Positions 38,624-48,826 are shown, counted from the first letter of the stretch. The stretch is 64,000 bases of DNA from a bacterium (GCA_030647355.1 JAUSIS010000004.1:68066-132065); one strand, 5' to 3'. Program-made: numbers and translations. The notes: a model not told the origin generated them from the letters alone.

Positions 38624-40084
38624 TTATTTGATTATTTTTATAATACCATTATCGGCATCAACTTCTACTAAATCGCCGTCATGTAAAACTTGGGTAGCTA
38701 TTTTAGTTCCAATAATGCAGGGTTTCTTCATTTCCCGTGAAACGATAGCGGCGTGACAGAGAATTCCTCCTTCGTCCGTGATAAAAGCGGCGGCTTTCTC
38801 CAGGGCAGGAATAAAATTGGGGAAAGTCATAACCACCACAAGAATATCCCCATGTTTGACCTTTATTAAATCATCTCCATTATGAACTATTACTACCCTG
38901 CCCTTAGTCTGGCCTTGATACGCGACATTACCCTTAATCTCATTAATTTTGTCGGTATTTTCTTTTGAAAAAATCTCTTTGATTTTTCTTTGCCAAGTGG
39001 GGCCAGACATAATAATATATTTGTCTTCAAGTAGAACGTTCGCGAAAAAAGTCTTTCTATTAGTGAATTCCTCTTGTGTAATGGGTAAACGGCCGGTTTT
39101 AGCAGCTTCGGTAACTTCCGAATAAACCAGGTAGACGATATCATCCTCATGGATACCAATGCGTTTAGCGACCTCTTGTAATAAATGACGGGCCTGATGT
39201 TCGGAACGATAGATGATATCTGTGCGCCAAGTACGCAGATACGCATATTCCTGGGCAAGGTGAATCAAATTAAATAAAGTCGTTCTGGGTTTGAGGGACA
39301 ATTCTTTTAGTAGGGCTTGGGTTTCCACGGCCTTTTCTTTCTTTAGCTTGCCAAGGCGATTGAGTTCGTCGGCAGGATTCTTGCCTTGACGAAATAATTC
39401 TTCGATTCGAGCTTCGATATCTTGTTTCTTCCATTCCCTTTGCCACCAATAGCCACGAGTTCCAACCCAGGCAAATTGCTTAAGATGTTCTTCTAATAAG
39501 GAGGGGTACTTTTTCAAGTTATAAGAAGCAGCTAATTTGTAAAGCGATCTCTCTTCGTGTAAGTGATTATTTTCCTTTGTTGGGTAAGTTAGTACTGCAA
39601 GCCAAGATTGTTTTTGGGCATCGGCTGCAGAAGGTAAGAGATTAAGGATTATTTGGGATAGAGGTTTGGCTATGAGGGGCATTGGCGATAAAAAGCAGTA
39701 AGCACAAAGACACTCTTTGAAATAATTTTCCAGTATCTTAACTAATTTAGTTTGTTTCATTTTGGAAAAGTTTATTCTTTCTAAACTTGATCCGGTTTTG
39801 TCCAAAGTTTTGACATGGTGTAGTAGCTGGTTACGAAATTGGATAAGTAAGTCGACACCACGTTTTTCAAAAAGATTCCTTAGCGCTTCCATGTCTTCGG
39901 CTGAATGGTAAAAATTCCCATCACCAGTGCGGAGCGCATAATGAAAACGATAGTTTATGCCGCTAGCTTTGGGGAAGTAAGGATGAGAGCCATCGCTAAT
40001 CGACCAGTGGAGGGGAGCTTCCTTGCGATTAACAAGATACTGCCAGTTAATTTTTTTGATATCTGAAATAATTTGGTCATCCAT
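38624..40084 (-). CDS. PEP-utilizing-enzyme swivel phosphohistidine domain protein, paralog 2 (about 390-aa unique N-terminal domain)
   Basis: C-terminus GRVVIVHN...GDILVVVMTFPNFIPALEKAAAFITDEGGILCHAAIVSREMKKPCIIGT...DGDLVEVDADNGIIKI. AAGGAGG RBS. The ATG overlaps the paralog-1 stop by 8 nt, consistent with translational coupling. Confidence 0.8.
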   Translation of the reverse strand: MDDQIISDIKKINWQYLVNRKEAPLHWSISDGSHPYFPKASGINYRFHYALRTGDGNFYHSAEDMEALRNLFEKRGVDLLIQFRNQLLHHVKTLDKTGSSLERINFSKMKQTKLVKILENYFKECLCAYCFLSPMPLIAKPLSQIILNLLPSAADAQKQSWLAVLTYPTKENNHLHEERSLYKLAASYNLKKYPSLLEEHLKQFAWVGTRGYWWQREWKKQDIEARIEELFRQGKNPADELNRLGKLKKEKAVETQALLKELSLKPRTTLFNLIHLAQEYAYLRTWRTDIIYRSEHQARHLLQEVAKRIGIHEDDIVYLVYSEVTEAAKTGRLPITQEEFTNRKTFFANVLLEDKYIIMSGPTWQRKIKEIFSKENTDKINEIKGNVAYQGQTKGRVVIVHNGDDLIKVKHGDILVVVMTFPNFIPALEKAAAFITDEGGILCHAAIVSREMKKPCIIGTKIATQVLHDGDLVEVDADNGIIKIIK

Positions 40085-41453
40085 CAATCCTCCTTACAAT
40101 ACCCTCATTCGCATCAACTTCCACTAAATCACCATCCTGTAAAATCTGGGTTGCGTATTTTGTTCCAACGATACAGGGGATTTTTAATTCTCTTGCAACT
40201 ATTGCCGCGTGGGAGGTAATACCTCCGACATCCGTTACAAAAGCGGCAGCTCTTTTCATCGCCGGAAGTAACTGTGGGCTAGTAGCACTAGAAACAAGTA
40301 TATCCCCTTCGTTTACTTTATCATTATGCTGAGGGCCAAAGACTAATTTAACTTTTCCTCTGACTATGCCCGGATGAGCCACTTGTCCTTTTAACGCTTC
40401 GTCTTTTAAGATTTCTTCTTTGGCAAAATGGGTATTAACGAATTCCAGGGCAACCTTACCTATCCTTACTTCATAAAGTTCACTATCTGTGGGAATATAC
40501 ACTGCACGCTCATATCGTTCCTCAATATTTTCTGGAAAAGTGATTTTACCGTTTATGATTTCAACAAGTTCATTTGAATAGAGTGCTTCAATGTACTTAG
40601 AATCTACTCCCCATTGTTTACCCAAGCTGTCTACTAATTTATTCATAACTACATAGAGAAACTGGCGGACATCGGCTCTTAACGCCTTCGTAAATATTAT
40701 ATCTTGGGAAATTACAAAGATAGTCTTCTCTTGATCAGATAGTGATAACTCCTTTTCTAACTCAACGGAAAAAATTTTATGTTCAGGTGGATTACTGTTT
40801 TTAATCTTTGCTGAATCATCGTTATTTAATCCTCTGCCAATATAACCTTGGCCCAACCAGAAGTATTCTCTTAACAGTTGATCATCGTCTTTATGTCCTT
40901 CTCTAATATCATCATAGGCTTGTTGAGTCAGGCTTTTTTCATAAGGCGTTCCCAAAACACTTGTGTAAATATGGACAGGATAACTTAAATTTTTCCTTTT
41001 CATTACTATTTCTAGCAACCGATCTGTAATTCCACCATAAAAGTCAGCAAAAGCGATGACTGCTCCATGTAAACCGCATTCTGCTTGAAGAAAATGGATT
41101 TTTTCTAAAGCTTGGGATATTTCATTGTTTTTCATAGACCCAGTAATCGGAAAAAGTTCGCGCGCGTAGGATTGCATATCATCGGTGATGGAAATGGTTT
41201 TTTCTTTTAACATTTTTAGTAGCGAGGGGTTGTTTATGATTGAATCGGCGCATCGATAAATGAAAGGGGCGGCACTTTCTTGTTCTATGCAATAATTAAT
41301 AGTCCTGCCGTTAATCACCTCTAAGTAAGAATCGGGTGCGAGAATGCCTATTTGGTCTTGCATTCTTTTATCGTTAATGCCAAACCACATCATTTCTAAC
41401 GATAAAAGAGAAGTATCGATATCTTGATTACCGCGAATATATTTTTTAGTCAT
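40077..41453 (-). CDS. PEP-utilizing-enzyme swivel phosphohistidine domain protein, paralog 1 (about 360-aa unique N-terminal domain)
   Basis: C-terminus GKVKLVFGP...GDILVSSATSPQLLPAMKRAAAFVTDVGGITSHAAIVARELKIPCIVGT...DGDLVEVDANEGIVRRI. GGAGG RBS 5 nt upstream. Confidence 0.8.
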   Translation of the reverse strand: MTKKYIRGNQDIDTSLLSLEMMWFGINDKRMQDQIGILAPDSYLEVINGRTINYCIEQESAAPFIYRCADSIINNPSLLKMLKEKTISITDDMQSYARELFPITGSMKNNEISQALEKIHFLQAECGLHGAVIAFADFYGGITDRLLEIVMKRKNLSYPVHIYTSVLGTPYEKSLTQQAYDDIREGHKDDDQLLREYFWLGQGYIGRGLNNDDSAKIKNSNPPEHKIFSVELEKELSLSDQEKTIFVISQDIIFTKALRADVRQFLYVVMNKLVDSLGKQWGVDSKYIEALYSNELVEIINGKITFPENIEERYERAVYIPTDSELYEVRIGKVALEFVNTHFAKEEILKDEALKGQVAHPGIVRGKVKLVFGPQHNDKVNEGDILVSSATSPQLLPAMKRAAAFVTDVGGITSHAAIVARELKIPCIVGTKYATQILQDGDLVEVDANEGIVRRIDG

Positions 41454-41714
41454 TTAACCTCCAATATTTATTCGGATTTTTTCACGGATAATTCCCCATA
41501 ATCTAACCACGTCATCGGCTAAGTAATTCATTTGCACGTAGCCTTTGTCTGTAATGAAAGTAAATTCATTATAGCTGAAGCCTAGTTTCTCTTTTATCCT
41601 AAAACCACTCGAGGCACAAGCGCATATATATATTGAAACTCCACTACCAGCTTGGGTATACCACTTCTTTTTGGCAAGTTTTTTAAAAAATTCTAAATTG
41701 TTGTTTTGACTCAT
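41454..41714 (-). CDS. small hypothetical protein (86 aa, ICACASSGF motif), first gene of the PEP-utilizer operon
   Basis: AGGGAAA RBS. Its stop abuts the paralog-1 start codon. Confidence 0.5.
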   Translation of the reverse strand: MSQNNNLEFFKKLAKKKWYTQAGSGVSIYICACASSGFRIKEKLGFSYNEFTFITDKGYVQMNYLADDVVRLWGIIREKIRINIGG

Positions 41715-41823
41715 TTATTTCCCTGTTTTGCGCCTTAATTATAGTCCAAAATTAACCTTATTACAAGGCAAAAAGCACTGAACCGCTAATTTAGAGAATA
41801 AGTTAGCGCAAGCAGATAAAATA

Positions 41824-42432
41824 TTATATACCCGATTGAGTGTCCACCATGGGATTTTCTTTCATTTTCTGTAAAATCGCCGTTTTTAACAGCTCAGCAT
41901 GTTCCTTTTTTAAACCTGGAATAATGACCTTGTTTCCGCTAAAGCCGATGCCGCCAGAGCGTTGTTGCTGTTTGACTTGCTGTGCACCTAATTTTCCTCC
42001 ACCTTGAGCATTCTCAATCACGAGGCAAGATAAGTTGAAGATTCTATCTAAAAGTCCTTGCTTGACGAAAGTATTCTGGATCACTCCATATAGTATATGC
42101 CTTTCCTGCTTGGAAATAATGCCTTGCTTCAGTACGAAATACTGAGGTTCGAGCTTATAGGTAAAATATTTTCTGCGAAGTATCAGGCCGATTAAACTTG
42201 ATGGCCAGACAATAATCGCTAAGATTATCCCGAAAATATCACTAGCGTAAGCTACTACCCAAAGAAGCATCAGCAGGAAGATCACAATGAAATTCTCCCA
42301 TATCCAGCCTCTTTGGATTGGATATACAGTCTGGTCAATTTGATCTGCCAGTTGTCCAGTGGGTATCTGAGAAGAAGGGTTAACGGGTTCTACTGATGGC
42401 ATATTTTGCGCAATATTTTGTGGCTGATCCAT
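41824..42432 (-). CDS. bPH_2 (DUF304, YdbS/YdbT-like) membrane protein
   Basis: Two N-terminal TM helices followed by a PH-like domain (ISKQERHILYGVIQNTFVKQGLLDRIFNLSCLVIE). Confidence 0.65.
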   Translation of the reverse strand: MDQPQNIAQNMPSVEPVNPSSQIPTGQLADQIDQTVYPIQRGWIWENFIVIFLLMLLWVVAYASDIFGIILAIIVWPSSLIGLILRRKYFTYKLEPQYFVLKQGIISKQERHILYGVIQNTFVKQGLLDRIFNLSCLVIENAQGGGKLGAQQVKQQQRSGGIGFSGNKVIIPGLKKEHAELLKTAILQKMKENPMVDTQSGI

Positions 42433-43016
42433 TATTGCCCCCCAGTTGATTTATTTGGCTCACCTACCGGAATTGCGGGGGCCTGCGTGTGAGCTCTTTG
42501 CCTATTAATTTTTTCACTAACCGTGTTGAGAAGTAGAGTTCTCAGACCTTCGGCCGCTTCCTTTTCCAAACCATCAATATGCGCTTGCATGCCGGAAGAC
42601 ACCGTGGCGCTTGACAGATGCACATCGTAAAGGCCGAATATCCTATCTAGGATATCTTGATCCATATAGACATCCTGAACCCTTTCGTAAGGGATAGTGA
42701 TTTCCCTTGGGGTAATTGGGCCTTTTTTGATGATTATATAATCGGGACTTAGCTCATAGTAGTAAGTAGCAAAATACCAGCGTTGATACAAATAGTTGGG
42801 TAGTATGCTTATGATTGCTAAAACGATGAAACTGATAATTGAAATAGTTATAATAGTTGAGACATTAGAACCATCCCCAGCGGCAATTGCAATAATAACC
42901 CCGGCCACAATAAATAGTACGATTAAGCAACCGCATGAGCCAGCAATAGCTTTTTTTGTTATCTTTTTGAAACTGAGCGGATATTTTTCCCTTGTGGGAC
43001 TCATATTTAATTGCAT
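42432..43016 (-). CDS. bPH_2 (DUF304, YdbS-like) membrane protein
   Basis: 2 TM helices, then IPYERVQDVYMDQDILDRIFGLYDVHLSSAT, typical of bacterial PH domains. Paired with the downstream bPH_2 gene. Confidence 0.6.
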   Translation of the reverse strand: MQLNMSPTREKYPLSFKKITKKAIAGSCGCLIVLFIVAGVIIAIAAGDGSNVSTIITISIISFIVLAIISILPNYLYQRWYFATYYYELSPDYIIIKKGPITPREITIPYERVQDVYMDQDILDRIFGLYDVHLSSATVSSGMQAHIDGLEKEAAEGLRTLLLNTVSEKINRQRAHTQAPAIPVGEPNKSTGGQ

Positions 43017-43113
43017 AGATTACTCCCTTTGTTATTACAATCTAATAATCTCATATTTTCTCAATACTTTCAAACCAGGTTGTATTTTGAGTAGCTAGCA
43101 AGCCTTTGGCGTA

Positions 43114-46100
43114 TTACTTAATAGTGATAGTATTTTCGCCAGAGATTGTCAGATCGGCAGTGTTTTTACCAGACATTAAAGTTGCCGCCTCTGCCTTAAA
43201 AGTGCCTTTGCTTACTACACGCGCCTTGTAGTTAATGGTTTTCTGGGATTTATCATTAAACAACATAAACTTAACTTCCTGTCCATCAACTTGGAATGGT
43301 CTAGCTATACCTTCTTTAGTATACATTTCCAACCCGGTAAATAATTTCAATCCAGATGGAAGATAATCTTCTATTATATAGATTGAATCATTTTTGTTGG
43401 GTACGGTAGCGGATAGTTGTATCTCTATTACATCTCCCTCGTTAAAAGTGGAAGCCGGCGAACCATTTTTAAGATACTTTCGGGTAAGGGTTAGCTTTTT
43501 ATTTAACTGAGCGCTTGATGGTTTTTGATAAATTGAATAGGTGCTGATTAGGCCAATATTACCTTTTATGTTACTGAACTTTATTTGTTTTACTTGCTGG
43601 GATGTTAAGGATAAGCTGGAGCTTTTCCCAGGATCGAGAATTGTAGTTGTTACTTTACCATTCAATTCGTAGCCGTAACTCGCCTGCTCGGCTGGTTTGC
43701 TGGAAAGTGCTCTTGCTATTAAAGCTTTTTCCATAACCAGAAGGTCATCAGTCAAATTGTAACTTCGAATAAATCGACGAAGGCTGGGTGCTTCGGCGGT
43801 ATTTAATTCAGTAGCGACTATCGCACTATCGGCTGATAATTTAATCTGTTTATTTTCATTTTCTTCTTTAGCTTTAATAAATTTTCCTGACTGGACTAGG
43901 TTGGGAACAATTTTACTAGTATAAACTTCTCTGGCTCCCTCAAAATCGCCCAATTTTATTAAACCTAGGGCTGTATAATTCGCTTGGAGTAAAGTTAGAT
44001 CAATTTTTTTCATTGTTTGAAGTTTATCTAGGAAAGGTTGATCGAGAGAAGCCAATCCGTATAATGCCATAGCCCTTCGATCAGTATCAGTTTTAGCATC
44101 AGTCAAAGATTTAGTCAGATAATTAATAACCTTCACCCTGTCAACGTCAGCACCTAAATCAACCAGCTTGGCGGTTAGTTCAAGATTGTCACCGCCGTAC
44201 GGCAGGAGAGCAATACCGCCATTTTCCCGTTGGTAGTTGTTGATACTAGTAAAAGGTGAAATGTTATCTTGCTGAAAAGCACTCTTTAGCAAATCACTAG
44301 CAACGTTTCGAGTGACTATTTGATCGGAGCGTTCACCGGTTTGATAATAGAGTCCATTAAGATAATAGAGAGCCTCGCCTTTACCCTGATCAACAAACAC
44401 GAGTTTAGTTCTGCCGTTTGGATCTATATCGAACTCATTTAATTTATCTGTTAATTCGTAATAGTTTTGTTTGGTCACACTGTAATAACTTTTTACCACT
44501 TCTATTTTTTTGAGTAATCGGTCTACATTCTCACCATTTTGTGCTGTGACAATGATATTGTGTTTTCCAACGGGTAATTTCCCGAGCTTGATGTAGACAT
44601 TGCCATTTTGATCAGCACCGATGTTCTTTTCATTAACCTTAAGACTACCTGCGGTAGCGGAAAACTTGGTTTGGCTGTCGGTCGCGCCAAAGGCACGCAT
44701 TTTCAGGGTAACTTGGTCGCCTTCTAAATAAGTTTGATTCAAAGTTGCATCTACAATAAGCGGTTTTGTCACAGTAATCAGCGACTCGTCCTGTCCAGCA
44801 TATAAATCTTGGGAAACGGCATAGGCGGATGCCCTAAAAGATGTAATATTATCGGGTAATTTAAATTCGATATGGGCTTTTCCATTATTATCTGTTTCGA
44901 TGGTTCCCCAATATGCCAAATCAATAATTTCCGATCTAAGTTCATCTCCACCACCACCGCCTTTACCGCCGTCCTGGCTCAATAGACTTTTGTGAGAGGA
45001 ACGTGATGTGAAGTTTGCGTAAATGTATCGATAAATTGAATTCAATATGTCATCTTTATAATATTCTCTGGTAACAGAATTCAAGGCATCGTCGATTATT
45101 CCCAAATTTAGTTGGGCTTTTTTTCCTTGACCATTTGGATCTTTTACTTGGATATCCAGCTTAACAACTTCCCTAGGTTTATATTTCTCTTTATCACTTT
45201 TTACACTAATGGTCAGCTTCTTTTCGTTTTGATCAAATACCAAGTTAACGATATTTGATTGATAAAGGTATTGATTATCGAACCATACTCCGGCAACTGA
45301 TACATTTGGCACATCATTTTGGGTGAAAGTTCGGCTATATTGTGGCCGTGAAGACGCTTGGTAGCTTACTAAGCCATTTTGAGCCGAGAAGAATAAGTAG
45401 CTACTTTCTGCAGGTAAAACGCGCGAATTATGCTTTAATTTAAGCAGGGTTGATTCGCCGACTTTATATTTCTTGGAAGACCCTTCAATGCTATCTTCAG
45501 TGTCTTCAAGCTTGAGGAAATCGTCGGTGTAATTAGAGTTCAGACTCTGACGATAATATACTTGATCTTCAGTGACTCGTCCGGTTTTATCAGAGGTAGA
45601 TAGAATTATTTTATAGTTTTTGTTTTTATCAAGATCATTTAGATCGTATATGGCTCGGCCATCACTTTTTGTTGTTACTGAGAATTCTTTAATTTTGTGT
45701 TCAACTGTTGAATAATTATACCTTACTTCCATAAGTTTGGTAATTGGATTATAAACTTCCCCCCCTGGAGTTTTTACGTCTTCCTGCCAATAAATTGTTC
45801 CATTTATTTTTTGGTCAGGGACAGCGGAGCCTAAATAATTAGTTTTATCAAGGACGACGTTGTTAGCTTCAATTTTTAACTTATCTTTTTCTGCATCAGC
45901 TGTTAATAGGACGGAAGACTGGAAGACATATATATAGGTATAATCATTAATGTCACTTTCCTCAGCATTTACTGGTGAGACCTCTATAGAGTATAAATGG
46001 GGATAGTTTTCCTTATCTGTATAAACGGGTTTTAAAGCAAAATTAGCTTCTCCGTTGGAATTTGTTTTGGCCACACCGGTAAGGTCGGAGGTGCCGTAGC

Positions 46101-47928
46101 TACCGCTACCACGATATTTAATGTCTGTGTTGGGAACGGGTGTCCCGTCAAATAGCTCGGCTTTTACTGTAAAATTAACCACATCGCCAGAATAGATTGC
46201 TTCTTTATTAGGGGTTGTTTTTAGTTTATAGGCCGGTTTTACATAGGTCGCTACGCTTATCACAGATGTAGCGATGCACTTGTCTGAGACGCAAAGATTT
46301 AGGTAATAATTTCCTGGAGCGAGATCTTGAAATTCAAGTGAGTCGCCAAAGGTCCCATAATTGCTAATCTGAAGGTTTTTTTGGTAAAATGGACGTTCGG
46401 TATTATAGCTACCAAGTTCCATCTTGACATTTGTAACCGGAATACCAGTTCTATCTTTCAATACCCCCCAGAAGTTAACCTTGTCAGTTTTTTTATAGAT
46501 TGGGCGATCTACCGCAATAAAGGAATTGTATTTATATGAATTATTAACTCTGCTATAGCCGACAATTTTTTCCGAAGGGATTAATAAAGGTACAGTTTCG
46601 CCAGTATCGGCACACAGAAATGTATAACCCGACTGGCCGCTCACTTCCAATTCAGCTTTTATTTTGTTGGGGGTTTCAAATAATAAAATGCCCTTTTCAT
46701 CAGTTTTACCGATTTGATCACCGCCCAGTAGACTAAAAGTCTTGCCGGTCAGGGGTTTTTTGGTTGATAAATCATTCAACCAAACTAAACTTTTTGTCGG
46801 ACTAAGACTTAAGAAGCTAATCGTTTTGGTGGATTGAAGCACGGCGCCGCTTATCGAATTGCCTAATTGGCCAATAAGTAAGTAGTACGCGTTAGGTAAT
46901 GGATTTGTTAATTCAATATACTCACTTGATCCCTTGCTGATAACAGGGAGAGATAATTCAGATAGTTTATTGGAATTATATTTGGCTAATTTCGTTGAAT
47001 CAACAGAAACATAATAACTCCAAGACCGTTTGCCTATTAGATCATTGTAGGCTTCGGAGAATTTAATGGGGTCGGTAAATTTATAGAGAGATAGTTTTAC
47101 TGTTTTGCCCACCGATGACTCAGCTGATACTTCCAGGAGGGGTTTTTCAGTCAGATTCACCTCATAGAAATCCTGGTTAAAATTAAAATCTCGCCTAGTC
47201 TCTTCGAGCGGTTCGGTAAAGAACTCTGTCGAATAGTCTTCCATTAATTCTTCATTGGTTTCTTTAACTTTCAGACCTTTTAATAATGAAACCTTATAGA
47301 TCTTCGAATTTTCCATTTGAGATTGTTGGGGTTTGACTATTATCGACTTCCCATTTTCTTCTACTGCAAAATTAATGGGGGGTTCAAATTTTATAAATTT
47401 CGATGGATTATCAAATCCTTCTCTATTGGTTGTAAATTCTATAACCGTATTCTTCTTTACATAAGTCGCCTTTTCGGCTGGAATTGAGGAAATTACTTGA
47501 AATGGAGCTCGGACTTGATAGGCCCATGAATAGTCGCGATCCAACCCATCATTTCCTTTTAGGGAAAACTTATACACTTCATTTTCGTCTAGAGGTTCGG
47601 AAAATTTGATAAGAACTTCGTTGGAAGCCCTTTTACTTATTTCATAATCAATTGGTGGTTCAATATTTAAGTTTTTTCTTATACTGTTAATATTGATGGA
47701 TGTCTGGGAGGCGAGCAATATTTCACTATCCTTTTCCATACCAAAAGTGTTTGTTTTTAATGGTTTTAACGAAAGATTGGCAATAACAGTCTTGGTGAAT
47801 AGAGGTGTTGATCCGGGCGAACGATTAAGTAGACCGTATCCTGCATAAATTAGAGAAATTCCTAGGATTATCGCCAAGCCAATATAGTATCGCTTATGAT
47901 CAAGAATAAAGTTGAGTTTTTTAAACAT
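43114..47928 (-). CDS. alpha-2-macroglobulin family protein (bacterial A2M-like, 1604 aa, multiple MG/Ig-like domains), N-terminally membrane anchored
   Basis: Size and domain periodicity match. Conserved A2M segment RSEIIDLAYWGTIETDNNGKAHIEFKLPDNITSFRASAYAVS (like R..F.ETW.W...TD..G...F..PD..T.W). No CxEQ thioester motif found. GGAGG RBS. Confidence 0.75.
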   Translation of the reverse strand: MFKKLNFILDHKRYYIGLAIILGISLIYAGYGLLNRSPGSTPLFTKTVIANLSLKPLKTNTFGMEKDSEILLASQTSININSIRKNLNIEPPIDYEISKRASNEVLIKFSEPLDENEVYKFSLKGNDGLDRDYSWAYQVRAPFQVISSIPAEKATYVKKNTVIEFTTNREGFDNPSKFIKFEPPINFAVEENGKSIIVKPQQSQMENSKIYKVSLLKGLKVKETNEELMEDYSTEFFTEPLEETRRDFNFNQDFYEVNLTEKPLLEVSAESSVGKTVKLSLYKFTDPIKFSEAYNDLIGKRSWSYYVSVDSTKLAKYNSNKLSELSLPVISKGSSEYIELTNPLPNAYYLLIGQLGNSISGAVLQSTKTISFLSLSPTKSLVWLNDLSTKKPLTGKTFSLLGGDQIGKTDEKGILLFETPNKIKAELEVSGQSGYTFLCADTGETVPLLIPSEKIVGYSRVNNSYKYNSFIAVDRPIYKKTDKVNFWGVLKDRTGIPVTNVKMELGSYNTERPFYQKNLQISNYGTFGDSLEFQDLAPGNYYLNLCVSDKCIATSVISVATYVKPAYKLKTTPNKEAIYSGDVVNFTVKAELFDGTPVPNTDIKYRGSGSYGTSDLTGVAKTNSNGEANFALKPVYTDKENYPHLYSIEVSPVNAEESDINDYTYIYVFQSSVLLTADAEKDKLKIEANNVVLDKTNYLGSAVPDQKINGTIYWQEDVKTPGGEVYNPITKLMEVRYNYSTVEHKIKEFSVTTKSDGRAIYDLNDLDKNKNYKIILSTSDKTGRVTEDQVYYRQSLNSNYTDDFLKLEDTEDSIEGSSKKYKVGESTLLKLKHNSRVLPAESSYLFFSAQNGLVSYQASSRPQYSRTFTQNDVPNVSVAGVWFDNQYLYQSNIVNLVFDQNEKKLTISVKSDKEKYKPREVVKLDIQVKDPNGQGKKAQLNLGIIDDALNSVTREYYKDDILNSIYRYIYANFTSRSSHKSLLSQDGGKGGGGGDELRSEIIDLAYWGTIETDNNGKAHIEFKLPDNITSFRASAYAVSQDLYAGQDESLITVTKPLIVDATLNQTYLEGDQVTLKMRAFGATDSQTKFSATAGSLKVNEKNIGADQNGNVYIKLGKLPVGKHNIIVTAQNGENVDRLLKKIEVVKSYYSVTKQNYYELTDKLNEFDIDPNGRTKLVFVDQGKGEALYYLNGLYYQTGERSDQIVTRNVASDLLKSAFQQDNISPFTSINNYQRENGGIALLPYGGDNLELTAKLVDLGADVDRVKVINYLTKSLTDAKTDTDRRAMALYGLASLDQPFLDKLQTMKKIDLTLLQANYTALGLIKLGDFEGAREVYTSKIVPNLVQSGKFIKAKEENENKQIKLSADSAIVATELNTAEAPSLRRFIRSYNLTDDLLVMEKALIARALSSKPAEQASYGYELNGKVTTTILDPGKSSSLSLTSQQVKQIKFSNIKGNIGLISTYSIYQKPSSAQLNKKLTLTRKYLKNGSPASTFNEGDVIEIQLSATVPNKNDSIYIIEDYLPSGLKLFTGLEMYTKEGIARPFQVDGQEVKFMLFNDKSQKTINYKARVVSKGTFKAEAATLMSGKNTADLTISGENTITIK

Positions 47929-47991
47929 AACCCCTCCCCTTTAATGATAGTATAAAATCAATTACAAAGCTATTGTTTGAGTTTTAAATGG

Positions 47992-48074
47992 TGCTCGGGA
48001 GAGGACTTGAACCTCCATGGGTTTTACCCCACTAGCTCCTAAGGCTAGCGCGTCTACCATTTCGCCACCCGAGC
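47992..48074 (-). tRNA. tRNA-Leu (anticodon UAG), long variable arm
   Basis: Acceptor GCUCGGG/CCCGAGC. D arm GCG-AAAUGGUAGA-CGC. Anticodon stem CUAGC/GCUAG with loop CUUAGGA. 15-nt variable arm. T arm GGAGG-UUCAAGU-CCUCU. Confidence 0.85.
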
Positions 48075-48565
48075 ATAATAAAACATTTTACAATATTTTG
48101 GGGCTTTTGTAAACTCCAATTTCCCTTTTGCTGCTGTTAATATTCTACTTTTTAGTAACCTGGACTAAAGCAAAAAGTAAAAAACCAGCGCCAAATCCGA
48201 TAAAAATGCCTGCAGGAATGTTATCGAAAAGAAATCCATTCATTATGCTTAAAGCTTCTCTCTATTTTACCATATTTTTCTCATTTTTTTGTATACAAGA
48301 AGGGCGATGGATAAATTGGAGGAGAAATAGCACTAACTCCTGATGATATCGAAGGATAATGAACTTATTGGTATCAAATGCCGGATAACCTCAGGGGAAA
48401 TGTATGTAAAGGAGAAAAACAAGGTTTTAGGTGCAAAATTTTTAGTAAGCACGACGCGGGGGTTGTTAATTTGTGGTTGGTTTCTGGAAATTGCATTGCA
48501 TAATTTTTTATTTCATTTATAATATAATTGTAAGTCGAATAAATTAATTAATTAGGAGCTCACAA

Positions 48566-48826
48566 ATGGACGAAAAAAGAATATATGTCGGCAACATTCC
48601 ATACGATTACGACGATAATAAGTTGAAAGATCTCTTTGCGGAATATGGGGAAGTAACCGAGGTAAGGGTTATTATAGACAAAGCTTCCGGCCGGTCGAAA
48701 GGGTTTGGATTTGTGGCAATGCAAGATAAAGAGATGGCTGATAAAGCAGTAAAAGAATTAAATGGCAAGGAAATTGACGGGCGAGCAATAGTAGTGAATA
48801 TTGCCCGACCAATGACGCCACGTTAA
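48566..48826 (+). CDS. RRM-domain RNA-binding protein (Rbp-like, 86 aa)
   Basis: RNP-2 IYVGNI and RNP-1 KGFGFVAM. AGGAG RBS. Confidence 0.85.
   Translation: MDEKRIYVGNIPYDYDDNKLKDLFAEYGEVTEVRVIIDKASGRSKGFGFVAMQDKEMADKAVKELNGKEIDGRAIVVNIARPMTPR

Noticed and set aside
48128-48343. 71-aa plus-strand ORF, and a 32-aa minus-strand TM peptide (MNGFLFDNIPAGIFIGFGAGFLLFALVQVTKK, about 48170-48270), between tRNA-Leu and the RRM gene
   Set aside because: Neither has a convincing RBS or motif. The region may be the promoter and 5' leader of the RRM gene. They are left uncalled, though the small TM peptide could be real.
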